Below are positions 43,671-55,666 of a stretch of 64,000 nt of DNA, in pieces (within the stretch, counting starts at the first letter, position 1; each line of letters opens with the position of its first letter). The notes below the pieces were generated by a model. It did no database searches and was not told where the DNA came from. It worked only from the letters and a program-made list of their open reading frames with translations. Origin of the DNA: Thraustochytrium aureum. Lineage: Eukaryota. Location of the stretch: contig BLSG01000375.1 of assembly GCA_012862495.1 (NCBI GenBank), positions 1-64,000 on the forward strand, in the 5' to 3' direction. Both the position numbers and the translations under genes were made by a program.

Positions 43671-45694
43671 TCAGGTCTTCGGAGTAACTTTGGGCAGCTC
43701 GCGCGCATAACGTGGCGCGCCAGCAAACTGGTGCAACCCTGAGTTTTTACCAAGCGGACGAAGCTGCTGCGCCTTGCCGGCAAGTTTTGGTGTAGTTAAG
43801 CGTAGCACGCCGTTCTTGTCGCGCGTGTATGGAAGCACTGGCATGGCACCTTTGCGCACGAGTGCAGATTCCTCCTTGGTGTCCCCAATGACTTGATGCA
43901 ACACCTGGACTGGGCCGAGCATGGCCGACTCGGCCGCTACGCGCTCGCGCTCGCGCTCCTGCAACTCGATCAAAAGACGGGCCTCTTTGTCGGCAAACTT
44001 TTTCGACTTGAGGTCTTCGCGCCATGTGTAGAGAAGCATCTTGTCCGCGTCGGTGAGACGGCGGACACGTCGCTTCTTCTTCTTGCGACGCCGCCGCATG
44101 CCGCTCTGCCCCCAGGCCGCTCGAGCCTGGGGAACGAGCGGCTGCGTGAGTAGGTGTGGCTCCTTGAGCGGCGCGGTCTCGGGCCCGAGCGGGAGCCCGC
44201 TCATGTCTGTTCTTATGGCAAACACCGTGTCGCAGAAGCGAACGGTTGGCGCTCGCTCTGTTTTGATCGAGTCCTCGTGGTCTGCTGGCGGATCCGGACC
44301 CGCCGTTGTAACCGAGAGCGCCTCCAGCTCTGCGACCACTTGCTCAACAGCACGCGTCACAGCATTGCTGCCGTCCGGGTCCGCACCGTCTCGTGGTAAG
44401 CCCAAGTTGCGTGCGCTGCCCCCGGTCGACGACGATCTTTCGGCCCAAAACAAGCCCTCCGCCTCGGTTTGATCTTGCTCGCTCTTGGTCTCCTCCTCCT
44501 CCTCCTCCACCACCACCTCGTCTCCGCGAAACCTGGCAAAGCTGAACATGCCGGCGCGCGAATCGCCCCACCGAGTCGATTCCGCGGCACTGCTCGTCGT
44601 GCTTGAGCCTAAAGCATCTTCTGTGCTGCCGTCTTCATCTGCGTCGTAGACGTCCTCGTCACAGTCGTTGTGAATGTTGGTGAGCGAGTCCTTGTGCATG
44701 TGAATCGCGCCCGGACGTAAAAACTCGCCCCGCAGTCTTGCGAAGACCTGCTCTTCGGTGGAGCGGCCCTGGCGAATCTCGTCAACGAGCGACTCGGTTC
44801 GGTCCAAGCTACTCATGGCGTGCTGCATGAGAAACCACTTAATTCGACGACGGACGCCGCGCGGCGACGCCAAAGCGCTGAATCGGGGCGGTCGCCGAGC
44901 CGGCCTCGATTTTGATGGACACGGCGCTGAGCTTGCGTACGCGCTGCACGCCCTTGGCTTCCACGTCGACAGCGCCCGCTGCGCCCTTCGGCTGCGGCAC
45001 CTCCTCGCACTCATAAAATACGTCGTCCCCGTATGGCGATCCTGGGCCCTCGCAAAGTGGCGAGCGCGCGCTGTGCGGGCTAGAAGGAAGGTCCACAACA
45101 CTCCACATGTTCTCCAGGTCGAGGGTCTCAAGGGTGTCGGCCTCGTCTTGGCAGTTCGCGCCAGAGTCTTGGTCGTCGTCGTCAGTAGGCGAATGGACGC
45201 AGGTGATGGGGCCACCAGTCGGCATTCGACGCGCGGCTGGAAGCGGGACTTGGACGGTGAGGCTCTCGATCGAGGCGTTGGCGAGCCATTCTGCCATTTC
45301 TGACTCGGTCGAACCACGCGTTGGCTCGGACGACCCCGCCACTAAGGAGCGGTCGCCTGCCTCGGCGGCCGCCGAAGAATGCCGCTGACCCGTTGTTTCC
45401 CCGTCACATGTGCGACTGCTTCGCATGCACGAGCGAGTGTCGTCTGCTCGCCGTCGCCGGTCTTCCGTCTCCTCGTGGCAACTTGACAAGCTTGCTCTTT
45501 GCCCTTCCAGCTATGGTACTGCGTGGGATGCGCCGTGGCTGGCCAACGTTCGCGCGCCAACCGATTGGGAGCTTGCTTGGAATTGCGCGGCCGTCGCTGG
45601 AGGTGTGGCGACAGGTCTTTCGGAGTTTCGAGCGTGTGCAAGGCGAGGGACTCAGCACCCGTTGGACATTGGAAGCCGAACGATGGCCTTGCAT
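43671..45694 (-). CDS. Hypothetical low-complexity protein (acidic/Ser-rich, basic NLS-like RRRRKKKKRR, short coiled coil); frameshifted, start uncertain
   Basis: ORFs 44839-45489 and 43671-45317 overlap and read as protein on either side of ~44850. Confidence 0.5.
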
Positions 45695-47042
45695 TCACCA
45701 CATACGCTTTACCCCTTCAAACTCGGCGTGAAACAGGGTCATGCGACACGACGAGCGGCACTTGTGGAGAGTGTGAACAGAGAGCGTTTGCCTGCTGAGC
45801 ACACTTTTCGCTGCCAGAGAGCCGGCCGGCTCGCACGCCCCCAAACGGTGCATGCACACGAACCCCACTGCGCAGCGCTGGCGCTGCACCAAACTAACAG
45901 TCACAAACGGGCTCCGCGCCGTTGCGCGTTAGTCCGACCAGATCCGCGCCGCACCGAGTGCACGTTTCTGGCCACCAGCGCCTGGCCAGCTCCACTGGAA
46001 GGCAGGAAGGAAGGAAGGAAGGAAGGAGCCTGTGTTATGCCGGCCCATGCAAAGCCGAGTGCCACCTCCGCGTCGTCCACATACCACGTCACAAGGGTCC
46101 GCGGCGACCCAGATGAGCACGAACCGTGTTCGTAAGTACTTGCTCAGAAGTACCTCTCCAGAGTCGTTTCCAAAGCAAGGAAAAGGACAGAGGGATGTTG
46201 GAGGGATGCCAGGGGGAAGGGCGCAGATTTGTTGCCCCTCGCTCGATCATCAACAACTCGAGTCTACCAATGAACCTGGTAGAGTTGCGAGAGTCTTCAT
46301 CGTGGCCGACCCGGTAACGTCAAGGATCATAAGCGTCGTCTGCGTGACGGTTCTCGCAGCGATGTAGGGCTGTAAACGTAGGCCACCTGACTTGAGCGTC
46401 GGCATCGAGGAAATCAAGCATAAGAATGGAGAGACGGGTGCAACCACCTTGCAAAGCGGAACAAGGACAATCCCAAGGTGCGATCTCGACATCAATCCCA
46501 TCAATGCNNNNNNNNNNNNNNNNNNNNNNNNNNNNNNNNNNNNNNNNNNNNNNNNNNNNNNNNNNNNNNNNNNNNNNNNNNNNNNNNNNNNNNNNNNNNN
46601 NNNNNNNNNNNNNNNNNNNNNNNNNNNNNNNNNNNNNNNNNNNNNNNNNNNNNNNNNNNNNNNNNNNNNNNNNNNNNNNNNNNNNNNNNNNNNNNNNNNN
46701 NNNNNNNNNNNGTGCTCGGGAAAAAAAACATGACAGCGCTCTCGTTGCCCATTGCAGCCACGCCAGCTAGATTGGCTCAAATGTGTGGCGAGGATGGCAA
46801 GGACGAGAGCCATCGAAATGATGTTCAGCTGGGTCATCACTGAGAAAATCAAACGTGCCTTGTGGAAGACCGCTCTTGAAAGAGAGTCGCTTGCTGCAAC
46901 GAGCTGGCTCTGATCAAAGCTTCGAATAGGGCTACTTTGCAAAAATCGGCGTGCTGCCCCGTCTTGGGATGAACTCTAGAGGCCTCTAGCTCTCTAGAGC
47001 CAGAGAGGCAGTGGGCGAATCGAGTACAACCAAACGTGCAGC

Positions 47043-48466
47043 TTACTTCACATCCACGGCTATGCTGTCGAGGTCTATCAAATCGAAATCGGTCTCCATC
47101 GCACACTTCGCAATTTGCGGGGATGGTGGATGCCCGAAGTAGACTACCAGCACGAGGCTTTGCGTCGTGGTTATCAAAAACACCAGAAAGCAGTGGGCCA
47201 ACAACGAATTTTCAAATTCGGCCGCCACGAAGGCCTCCACGAAATCCCCAAAGAAGATTAAAAAAGCACGCGACGTAGGCATAAAAACCCACTGAAAGCC
47301 AAAGGGAATACAAGCGATCGAGCCTTTTGAAGTGCTTCAACTTGGCGGCCTGTTTTTTTTGCGCACCTCGACGATGATTTTGCTGAGAGCCTTTTGAATC
47401 CAGGAGATCATGACGATGCCGCAAATTGAGCCGCTCATACTCACAATGAACGTCGTCCAGCTGTTGTCGTTGAAAGTGCTTTCATAGACGCCTGTGAAAA
47501 CGAAACCAACAGCAAGGGAAGCGACTCGCAGGATGGTGTGCAAGTCCAGCTTGGGCTTGACGATTCCCCAGCCGAGACAAGCGACGAGGAGAAGCGACCC
47601 CGCCATTGAGATCTGGAGCCTTGCGAAACCATGTTTCCAAGGAGCGGAGAGCGCAGGCCTGCCCGACGAATTTTCGTGCATATTTGAAAAGAACATGATG
47701 ACGTTCAGCCCAAAGAATACGAGAACCACAGAAATAGTGGCATAGTGCAAGCTGAGCAGGTGCTGCCGATTCCACACCATGTCACGGATGTAGCTGATTC
47801 CGAGGATTCCGCTTGCGAGACTCAGAAAAGCGAATGCCTCTAGGACTCCAAGATCCCACCAAGTAAGGTACCCGAAGGAGTTGCGGGTCTCAACTTCCTG
47901 CGCAATGCAAAGGCAGGTTCGGGGAGCAGCAGTCAGCAATGGACGCAAAACTTGAAACCTGAAGCGTTTCGGCAACTTACCACGTCAAGATCCAGCGCCG
48001 TGTCGCGGCAGTTGGTGAAAGCGGCGAAGTGCTTGGCTGAAGCAGCCACGTTGAGTCGCGTCGCGAACTTGACCGAGTCAGAACCATCGCTGCGCACCAG
48101 GTGCGACTCGAACCCGGCAAAGTCGTCCAGATCCGGGTCAGTCGAGCAGTCCGTTTTCCTAATCATGTCCTTAATCTGCTCTATCTCCGAGGCGGTATTG
48201 CTCCATACATGCATCACGCGGAGCACCGACGAGCCTTGGTCTGCGCCCTCCAGCCCGGCCTTGACCGTCCCGCGCACCTCCACGTAGGGCTGGCCAGCTT
48301 GGGCGAGCCATCTCGGAAAGTCCTCAAGCGCGAACACAGTCCGCCACTTTCTAGGGCTAGTCCAGAGCGCGCGGGGTTCGAGCACAGTCGACGTCTTCGT
48401 GAACCACGCCTCCGCGTGCGCCACCACCGCGGCTATCGTCGTCAGCGTACCAACAAGCTTGAACAT
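47043..48466 (-). CDS. TMEM87/GPR107/Ptm1-like (lung seven-transmembrane) protein with signal peptide; intron 47898-47980; frameshifts at A/T runs near 47355 and 47263
   Basis: Signal peptide, luminal domain ending FTNC...EVETRNSFGYL, then TM helices with LLSLHY, LLLVACLGWGIVKPKL, WIQKAL, KKQAAKLKHF. Confidence 0.75.
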
Positions 48467-48675
48467 CGTTCACCGCGCCCGCTCGCCCCGTCCCGCGCCA
48501 CGCCCAACAACCCCGCGCACAACGGCCTTGGCACTGCCCAGAGCTGCGCGCTTTGTGGCTTGGGCTGCTCGGCGCGAGAGCGTTCATGGCAAGCCAGCGC
48601 ACGCGCACACTGCCCTGACCATTGATTGTCAAGTGCCTGGAGGAGCGAGCGCTCTCACTTTCAATTGAACAACTC

Positions 48676-49184
48676 CTGGAGGTCCGGAGAGGTCTGTGAG
48701 CACTTTCTGGAGCTCCTGGAGCACCTCCTGGAGGCCGCTGGAGCATCGCCTGGAGGCCGCGGGAACAGCTTGAAGGCCTCGCAGCTTGCACATGCTGGAA
48801 GTCTACGAGCGCATCCTGGAGCTCCTGGAGCACTTTCTGGAGCTCCTGGAGCATCGCCTGGAGGCCGCTGGAGCATCGCCTGGAGGCCGCGGGAACAACT
48901 CGAAGGCCTCGCAGCTTGAACGTGCTGGAAGTCTACGAGCACATCTGGAGCTCCTGGAGCACTCCTGGAGCTCCTGGAGCACCTCCTGGAGGCCGCTGGA
49001 GCATCGCCAAGAGGCCGCGGGAACAACTCGAAGGCCTCGCAGCTTGCACATGCTGAAGTCCACGATTTCTGGAGCTCCTGGAGCACGTCCTGGAGCTCCT
49101 GGAGCACCTCCTGGACCTCCTCGAGCACGTCCTGGAGCTCCTGGAGCACGGCCAGACCTCTGGGACCTCTGGGGGCTCCTACGA
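48676..49184. repeat. Hierarchical tandem repeat: CTCCTGGAG-based 9/12/21-nt subunits within ~3 units of ~120-130 bp
   Basis: GAGCTCCTGGAGCAC recurs many times. GGAGGCCGCGGGAACA..T.GAAGGCCTCGCAGCTTG occurs three times. Confidence 0.9.
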
Positions 49185-49492
49185 NNNNNNNNNNNNNNNN
49201 NNNNNNNNNNNNNNNNNNNNNNNNNNNNNNNNNNNNNNNNNNNNNNNNNNNNNNNNNNNNNNNNNNNNNNNNNNNNNNNNNNNNNNNNNNNNNNNNNNNN
49301 NNNNNNNNNNNNNNNNNNNNNNNNNNNNNNNNNNNNNNNNNNNNNNNNNNNNNNNNNNNNNNNNNNNNNNNNNNNNNNNNNNNNNNNNNNNNNNNNNNNN
49401 NNNNNNNNNNNNNNNNNNNNNNNNNNNNNNNNNNNNNNNNNNNNNNNNNNNNNNNNNNNNNNNNNNNNNNNNNNNNNNNNNNNNNNNNNNNN

Positions 49493-50215
49493 GGGTTCTG
49501 CGACTGCCCCGGCTCCGGATTTGACGAGCCAGGCACCTCTGCGTGCGCCGGACTGGCGCCTCAGGGCGAGCCTCTGTTCTTTTGCGGCGAGCGTGACGGA
49601 AGGCGCATCTTTAGCTCACGGGTAGGCGATCAGGTTTGCGACTGCTGCGACGGCAGCGACGAGCTCGCCTTCGGCGCGGCGGCGACCCGGTGCCCGGACA
49701 CGTGCGCCGAGCTTGAGGCCAAGCGCCGCTCTAGCGCCGAGGAGCATCGCAGAGGAGAGCGCGCAGGGCGCCAAGTCGAGGCTCGCGTCCCAGAGCTTGG
49801 CGACCTGCTCAAGGGCGCAGCACGCTCGTACGACGGGCGCGTTTGGGTCGGAATCCTTGGGGCAGGAAGTACCCTCACGCTCAAGGATGGCGAGTACACT
49901 TACTCGTTTAAAGTAGATGCGGGCGTCTTTGAGCAGCGCTCGGGGTCATCTCGGCGCTCGGTGAGCGTTGGCCGATCGCCCGTGTGGGACGCGCAGAGGT
50001 TTGTCCTGAAATTGGGCGCTGGCGATTCTTGCCCGAACAGCCAGCGTCGGTCCGTGGAGATTCGCTTTGTCTGCGCGGACGCCTCAGCGGCAAAGCTCTC
50101 GCGCGTCGTTGAGCTGGAAACTTGTGTTTACGAGGCGATAGTTGAGGCTGCATTTGCTTGCTTGCCTCATGGACCAGGCGGAGCTGGGGAGCTGACACAC
50201 ATCGGTTCTCAATGA
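49493..50215 (+). CDS. PRKCSH: Glucosidase II beta subunit-like protein (LDLa-like N-domain plus MRH domain); 5' end in gap
   Basis: One open frame: [17 protein letters not shown]...[19 protein letters not shown]...CPDTC...GEYTYSF...[18 protein letters not shown]...VVELETCVY...AC. Confidence 0.85.
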   Translation, partial: GFCDCPGSGFDEPGTSACAGLAPQGEPLFFCGERDGRRIFSSRVGDQVCDCCDGSDELAFGAAATRCPDTCAELEAKRRSSAEEHRRGERAGRQVEARVPELGDLLKGAARSYDGRVWVGILGAGSTLTLKDGEYTYSFKVDAGVFEQRSGSSRRSVSVGRSPVWDAQRFVLKLGAGDSCPNSQRRSVEIRFVCADASAAKLSRVVELETCVYEAIVEAAFACLPHGPGGAGELTHIGSQ

Positions 50216-50503
50216 CCAGGGGCTCTGTCTCTCTGGAGCGGACGCGCTGCTTCCTTGAGAGTGCCTGCAACGCAATCAAGGACCGTTCGACTGTTGGACG
50301 TGGAGGGCAAAGCAATCGAGGACCGTTCGACAGGTGGACGTGGAGGGCGGGCGCGGCGCTCACACGGACAGGTAGGCGCAACGCCAAAGTTTTGCGGCGC
50401 ACACCGCGCACTAGCTTGTAGCTTGTAGAAGTAGGTTACTCGGTTCGGCTGGGTGTTGTTGGCAAAAACACTGAGTGTGGTCGAGGCTCCCACTCGGTCG
50501 CGC

Positions 50504-50589
50504 AGCAAGCTTGCCTGCGGGCCGGACCCGTCTCGCCCGCAGCAAAAGCAAGCTTGCCTGCGGGCCGGACCCGCTTCGCCCGCAGCAAA
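50504..50589. repeat. 43-bp tandem duplication containing the palindrome GCAAGCTTGC
   Basis: Copies at 50504 and 50547. Confidence 0.85.
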
Positions 50590-50616
50590 CTTGGACCGGG
50601 TTTGGCGAGCAGCATT

Positions 50617-53600
50617 CTACTCTGCCCGGACCAGACTCAGGTGCCAGCGAAACGTGGCGGGGTCGCGTACAAGGTCCACAGTGGGCCAGTAGTGGTACTG
50701 TCGAAAAGTAGACCGATAGGTTCACGCGGCGCCCGCGTCAGGCCCAGTGCCCTCATCCCTCGCGCCAGCGGGCTCGCAAACCAAACTTTCAACTTACGTC
50801 GCACTTGAGTGTAAACACCTTCTTCTTGTCACTGAGCGAGACGGTCTTAATGCGCACAAACTGACCGTCCTTGAGGTGCCGCACGATCTCGACGACCGCG
50901 TCGAGGTCAGGCGTGGGGTGGTCGTCGATCGAGACAATAAAGTGAGTTGCCTTGAAGCTGAAGCGGTGGCTCGGCGAGCCGTAAAACCACCTCGAGCAGT
51001 ACACCCCCGTGGAGCCCTTGGCCTGCTCTGGCAAGAATCCCCTAAAAGCCACTGCCGAATGTGGCGTCTGAAGAAACATGCCCGCAAACACCAGCAGCCG
51101 CGACGTGCCTTCGCACGCCAGCCGTGTGATGGGGACCTCGACGGTCCGCTCGCGAAGCTCGCGCAGAAAGGTGACACGAACCCTGTCCTTGCCGGCCACG
51201 GCCTTGTCCACCGCGAAAAATCAGTGGCCGGCTTGTCATCGATGGCTAGAACGAGGTCGCCCGACTGCAACAGCGACGCCGAGGCCGAGCTCGCGTGCAC
51301 ATTGCGGATCGTGAGCACGTTGTTGTTGGAGAGGGAGCTCTCCTGAAAGCGGCGCACCCATTCCGTGGACACGCCCATCCCTGCACGAGCCTTGGAGATC
51401 GGCGTAACAACAAAGTCGGTGGCCAACGAATCGACAAAGTGCGCGGATGCGACGTTGCTCTGGAAGGCGCGGACTGTTTCAAAGACCACAGCGGCGGGCA
51501 CGCCCGCAAAGGTCTCCTTGTCCTTGAACGAGCTTGACTGAAAACTGAACGAAAACCAGAATGCCTGCGCGCGCCCCGCACTGTCCAACAGGACGCCGCC
51601 GACGTTGGAAACCACCTTGTCGACGTGGATCACGATCTGGTTGCGCGCCGTAAAGCGCGGCGGGCTCGTCAAGGGGAAAAGCAGACGCTCGATGTTGGTC
51701 ACTGTGCACTCTTGCGAGACTTGGCTCATCTGGTGCGAAAGCCCCACGAAGCGCGTCGTCTGGCCCTGCGCGAGCTCCACCGGGGAGAGCGAGAACTGTC
51801 TCCGCTCGGCAAAGCTGCTGGAACCCGCCGCGTCCTCGGCCTCGAGCAAAGCCGGGTCGTACTTGATGAAGGAAAAGTTGTGCATTGGGTGCACAAACAC
51901 CACGAGGGCCGGGACCTCCACGCTACCTGCAAAGGTGATGGTGGCATTCCCGAGGGAGTTTGGGATTGTGTTTCTGTCGCAGACCACCAGGCCTTGCTCT
52001 GCGTCGACCACGAAACCGGTGCCAGAATAGCTGCTAAAGGGTACACCGTCGCACTGGAATGGCACGTCGAATCCGACCATCACCACGGCAGGCGACACTT
52101 CTTCGGAGAAACGTATTTGCTGCGCTGGCTTGGAGGCCAGCGGCAAGGCGCCGCGGCCANNNNNNNNNNNNNNNNNNNNNNNNNNNNNNNNNNNNNNNNN
52201 NNNNNNNNNNNNNNNNNNNNNNNNNNNNNNNNNNNNNNNNNNNNNNNNNNNNNNNNNNNNNNNNNNNNNNNNNNNNNNNNNNCACAAGAACCAGGTGCGG
52301 TCCACGGTGCACGAGCGGATCTGCTCGCGAAACTTGTCGCGGAGCTCCCTGAACTTGATCGAGACCGTGCTGCCTTCAGAGAGCTTGCAAATAGCCCGCT
52401 CAAAGGCGGCAAGGTCGGGCGTCGCCTCGTCGCCAATAGCAGTGATGATAGAGTTCCAAGACACGTCGGCCCTGCCGAGCATAAAGCCCGAGGAGGCCAC
52501 GAAGACCGACCCGGGCGCCATCGTGTTGTTAATCGCCTGGTTGTACGAGAGCGGGTGGATGATCGCGCCGGAAATCTCAATAAACTCGCTCGGCGTCAGC
52601 TCGTGCAGGTTGTCGGTGGGCAAAGCGACCTCGAACGACTCGCCGCCGCGGCGGAATGTCATCGTGACCTGCCCGTGGTTGTCCAACGCCTCGGCGAGGG
52701 GGAGAAACTCGTGCACCACCTCGCCGTTTAGCCGGACGAGGATGTCACCGGGCTGCACGTTGGCGCGCGCCGCAGGGCCTCCCGGGACGACTTGGTCGGC
52801 AACTAAGAGGCCGGTCGCCGCCGGAAAGGTCTTGCGGACAACCGCTTCCGTTTCCTCGTCGAGACCTAGCCGCCTGGTCTCGGTGAAAGCGAGGTGCTTG
52901 AAGACGCACTGCACCGTGCGCCGCGGCACGGGCAGGCCTTTGCGCACAAACTCGAGGGCCCGCACCACGCGGTCCAAGGGCAGGTAAAAGCTGGACGCAG
53001 CCTTGGTCTTGCCGCCGGCGTTCAGGGCGACCGCATGGCCGTCGCTGTCGATCACCGGGCTCCCGCTCGAGCCACCAGAAGTGCTGCTGGCAGCAGCGAT
53101 GTAAAACGTGTTGTGGTCGTTGTACTCTTTGCTGCTGTAGTGGGGGGCGTCCCGATCGAGCCGTGCCAGCGTGCCGGCCTGCGGTGGCAGGCGCCAGAGA
53201 GGGCCGCGCTCGTCAGCGCGCGCTCGGCACCCGCTCGCAAGCGAAATGGAAAACTTACGAGAATGGAGAGCTTTTCGCCCGCGTCGTTACCAACGACGCG
53301 GATCTCGAGCCCAACGCGCGCGCGCTTCGGCGACAGGGGGATCTCAGCGAGCTCGAGGAACTTTACATCTTTCGGGTCAAACCGGAAGAATCCGTAGTCG
53401 TGCACCGGATCTCGATAGATCGGCACGATGGGGACCTCCTCCTTGCTCAAGAACGTCGCATCTGCCTGGACGGGTCCCGGCGACACAACGTGCCGATTCG
53501 TCAAGATGATGCCCCGCTCCTTGTCGACCACGAATCCGGTCGCGCTGCTGCAGCCTCTCCCGTCCCCGTCAAAGGCCCTCACATTGCAGACCCTGAGCAC

Positions 53601-53741
53601 GACAACAGCCGGCGATATCAGGTCGATGGCCTTCGCAAACCCTTCTCGCGCCACCCCACCGCCTTCCGTTGGCGCGCTCTCTGGCTCGCTGTCGCGCACA
53701 GCCGGCGGCTCCCTTTCGTCCCCAGTCCCTTGGTCGTCCAT
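50617..53741 (-). CDS. NMA111: Nma111/Ynm3/Deg7-like HtrA-family serine protease (duplicated protease-PDZ layout); introns 53179-53258 and 50698-50797; one gap; frameshift near 51216
   Basis: SATGFVVD, ILTNRHVV (His), YRDPVHDYGF (Asp), VVGNDAGEKLSIL|AGTLARLDR, GGSSGSPV (Ser), a second degenerate protease domain (GTGFVVD..HPMHNF), and terminal exon YHYWPT. Confidence 0.93.
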
Positions 53742-54636
53742 AGCACAGTCCACAGGCTTCTGCGGCACGCCGTGCTCGTATGTTTGCTGGCTGGACAAGG
53801 ATAGAGAGCACGGTGCGCCGAAGCGAACTGAGCGCGATTCTTCAGTGGCCCAACGGAGGTCTGGAACCGCGGCGCGGGCCGCACGAGAGCGCCGGTGCGG
53901 GATCCGCAGCCGGCGACTAGCGTATCTCGAGCCAAGACCAGCGCGATACGCTCTGCGCCGCAACGGGTCCCGCTCCAAACTGCTCTGCGGTCGTTGGTCG
54001 TCCTCGTTCGGGCTCTGCTTGACCCAGCTGTCCTGTGACGCATTTCCAATGCACATCGCCGAGAGAGCTTAGCGGCAAGGTGAAAGTTGGGCGGAGGTAC
54101 TTTAAAAAGACTGCGTTAGGTGCGGTGTCGATGAAGTGTCAAGAGTGTGCGTGTTGCGGGCTCGCGGCGGGTGGGCGCGCGTGCGCGTGCATGCGGCGCG
54201 AGCTGGTCTGGAGCTCGGTTTGCCAATCTGCCTTTCGCATCGCCGGCGGCCTGCCAGCTCTGCTTTGTAAGGCGGCCATTCGCTTCCCAAATCGACGATG
54301 CCGGTGAGCGACAGGTCGAGGCGACCAAATGCGCTCGAGAGCTGCGACAGCTGAATTCTGGGCGCTCTGCAGCGCTCACATCTAGCCTATGTAAGTATCC
54401 ACATGCGGGTTGATGGGGTTCGATCTGCCTCCTGGGGCCTATAGATAGAGGTGGGCGACGCTTCCCCGGGCGCGTCAAGTTCACGCCTCCACACCCTTCA
54501 AGCGGCGAACCAGCTTTGCAACAAAAAGGGTCGCGGCCTCTCGTGTTGCGGGCTGCGATCGAGCGACCGGCCTCGCGCACGCTCCACCACTCCACGGCAA
54601 GCCTAAGCCTGCGCCGGCCAAGCACATGCGCAGCGC

Positions 54637-55510
54637 TCACAAGCTCGCAGACTCTCGCTCAAGAAAGCAGCGGATCGCAAACCGCGTGCCAATCACAGCA
54701 TTTCGCGCCACTTCGGCCAGCGGAACAGCTCCAACGGAATCAGGGCCAAGGCGGACCTGCTTGGACCAAGCCGCAGCGTCAAAGGCCTCCTCCGGGGCGC
54801 GAAACGCCCGCACACTCGCCCCGCCATCGCCCTGCAGGAGCGGCGACTCGGGCTGCTGGACTGCCGCCGCCGCCTCGATCCGCGACAGCCAGACGAGCTC
54901 GCCGACCTCGGAAACCTGCGGACAGAGCGCCGCGGGGTCGTCCGAGCGCACGCCCGGCGCTTGCGCGAGCACATAGACAACCACGTGGTGGTGTGAGAGC
55001 CCGCGGTCGCCGCGCTCCACCTCGAAGCTGAGCGGGAACGTCGACTCCCACAGGCACAGCAGGCGCGCCAGGCCGCGGTCAGCCTCGATGCCAGTCTCCT
55101 CGCGCAGCTCGCGCAGGCCGGCTTGGATCAGCGATTCGTCGCGGTCCAGGTTGCCCCCAGGCAGGACGAAGAGGCCTGGAAANNNNNNNNNNNNNNNNNN
55201 NNNNNNNNNNNNNNNNNNNNNNNNNNNNNNNNNNNNNNNNNNNNNNNNNNNNNNNNNNNNNNNNNNNNNNNNNNNNNNNNNNNNNNNNNNNNNNNNNNNN
55301 NNNNNNNNNNNNNNNNNNNNNNNNNNNNNNNNNNNNNNNNNNNNNNNNNNNNNNNNNNNNNNNNNNNNNNNNNNNNNNNNNNNNNNNNNNNNNNNNNNNN
55401 NNNNNNNNNNNNNNNNNNNNNNNNNNNNNNNNNNNNNNNNNNNNNNNNNNNNNNNNNNNNNNNNNNNNNNNNNNNNNNNNNNNNNNNNNNNNNNNGCTCG
55501 CGGCGGACAT
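54637..55510 (-). CDS. NUDT17: NUDIX hydrolase, NUDT17-like; interrupted by a gap
   Basis: FPGLFVLPGG......ESL..AGLRELREETGI (Nudix box), LCLWESTFP, HHHVVVY. Confidence 0.8.
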
Positions 55511-55666
55511 GGCGGTGCTTCGGAGTCGAGTTGGGTCTTGGGGTCGGATCGAGGCGGCGAGGTGGCTGCGCGGGGCCGAAGCCGCGCGCTTGCTTGGCCG
55601 AGCGGCTGGCTGGCTCGCGTGCTTGTTACTTGCAATGGTTGGTCGAGAGGTGCGAGGCCCGGGACC

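Noticed and set aside
46126..46942. Possible small gene flanking the 46.5-kb gap
   Set aside because: Only short frames with weak codon bias and no recognisable motif on either strand. It cannot be supported.
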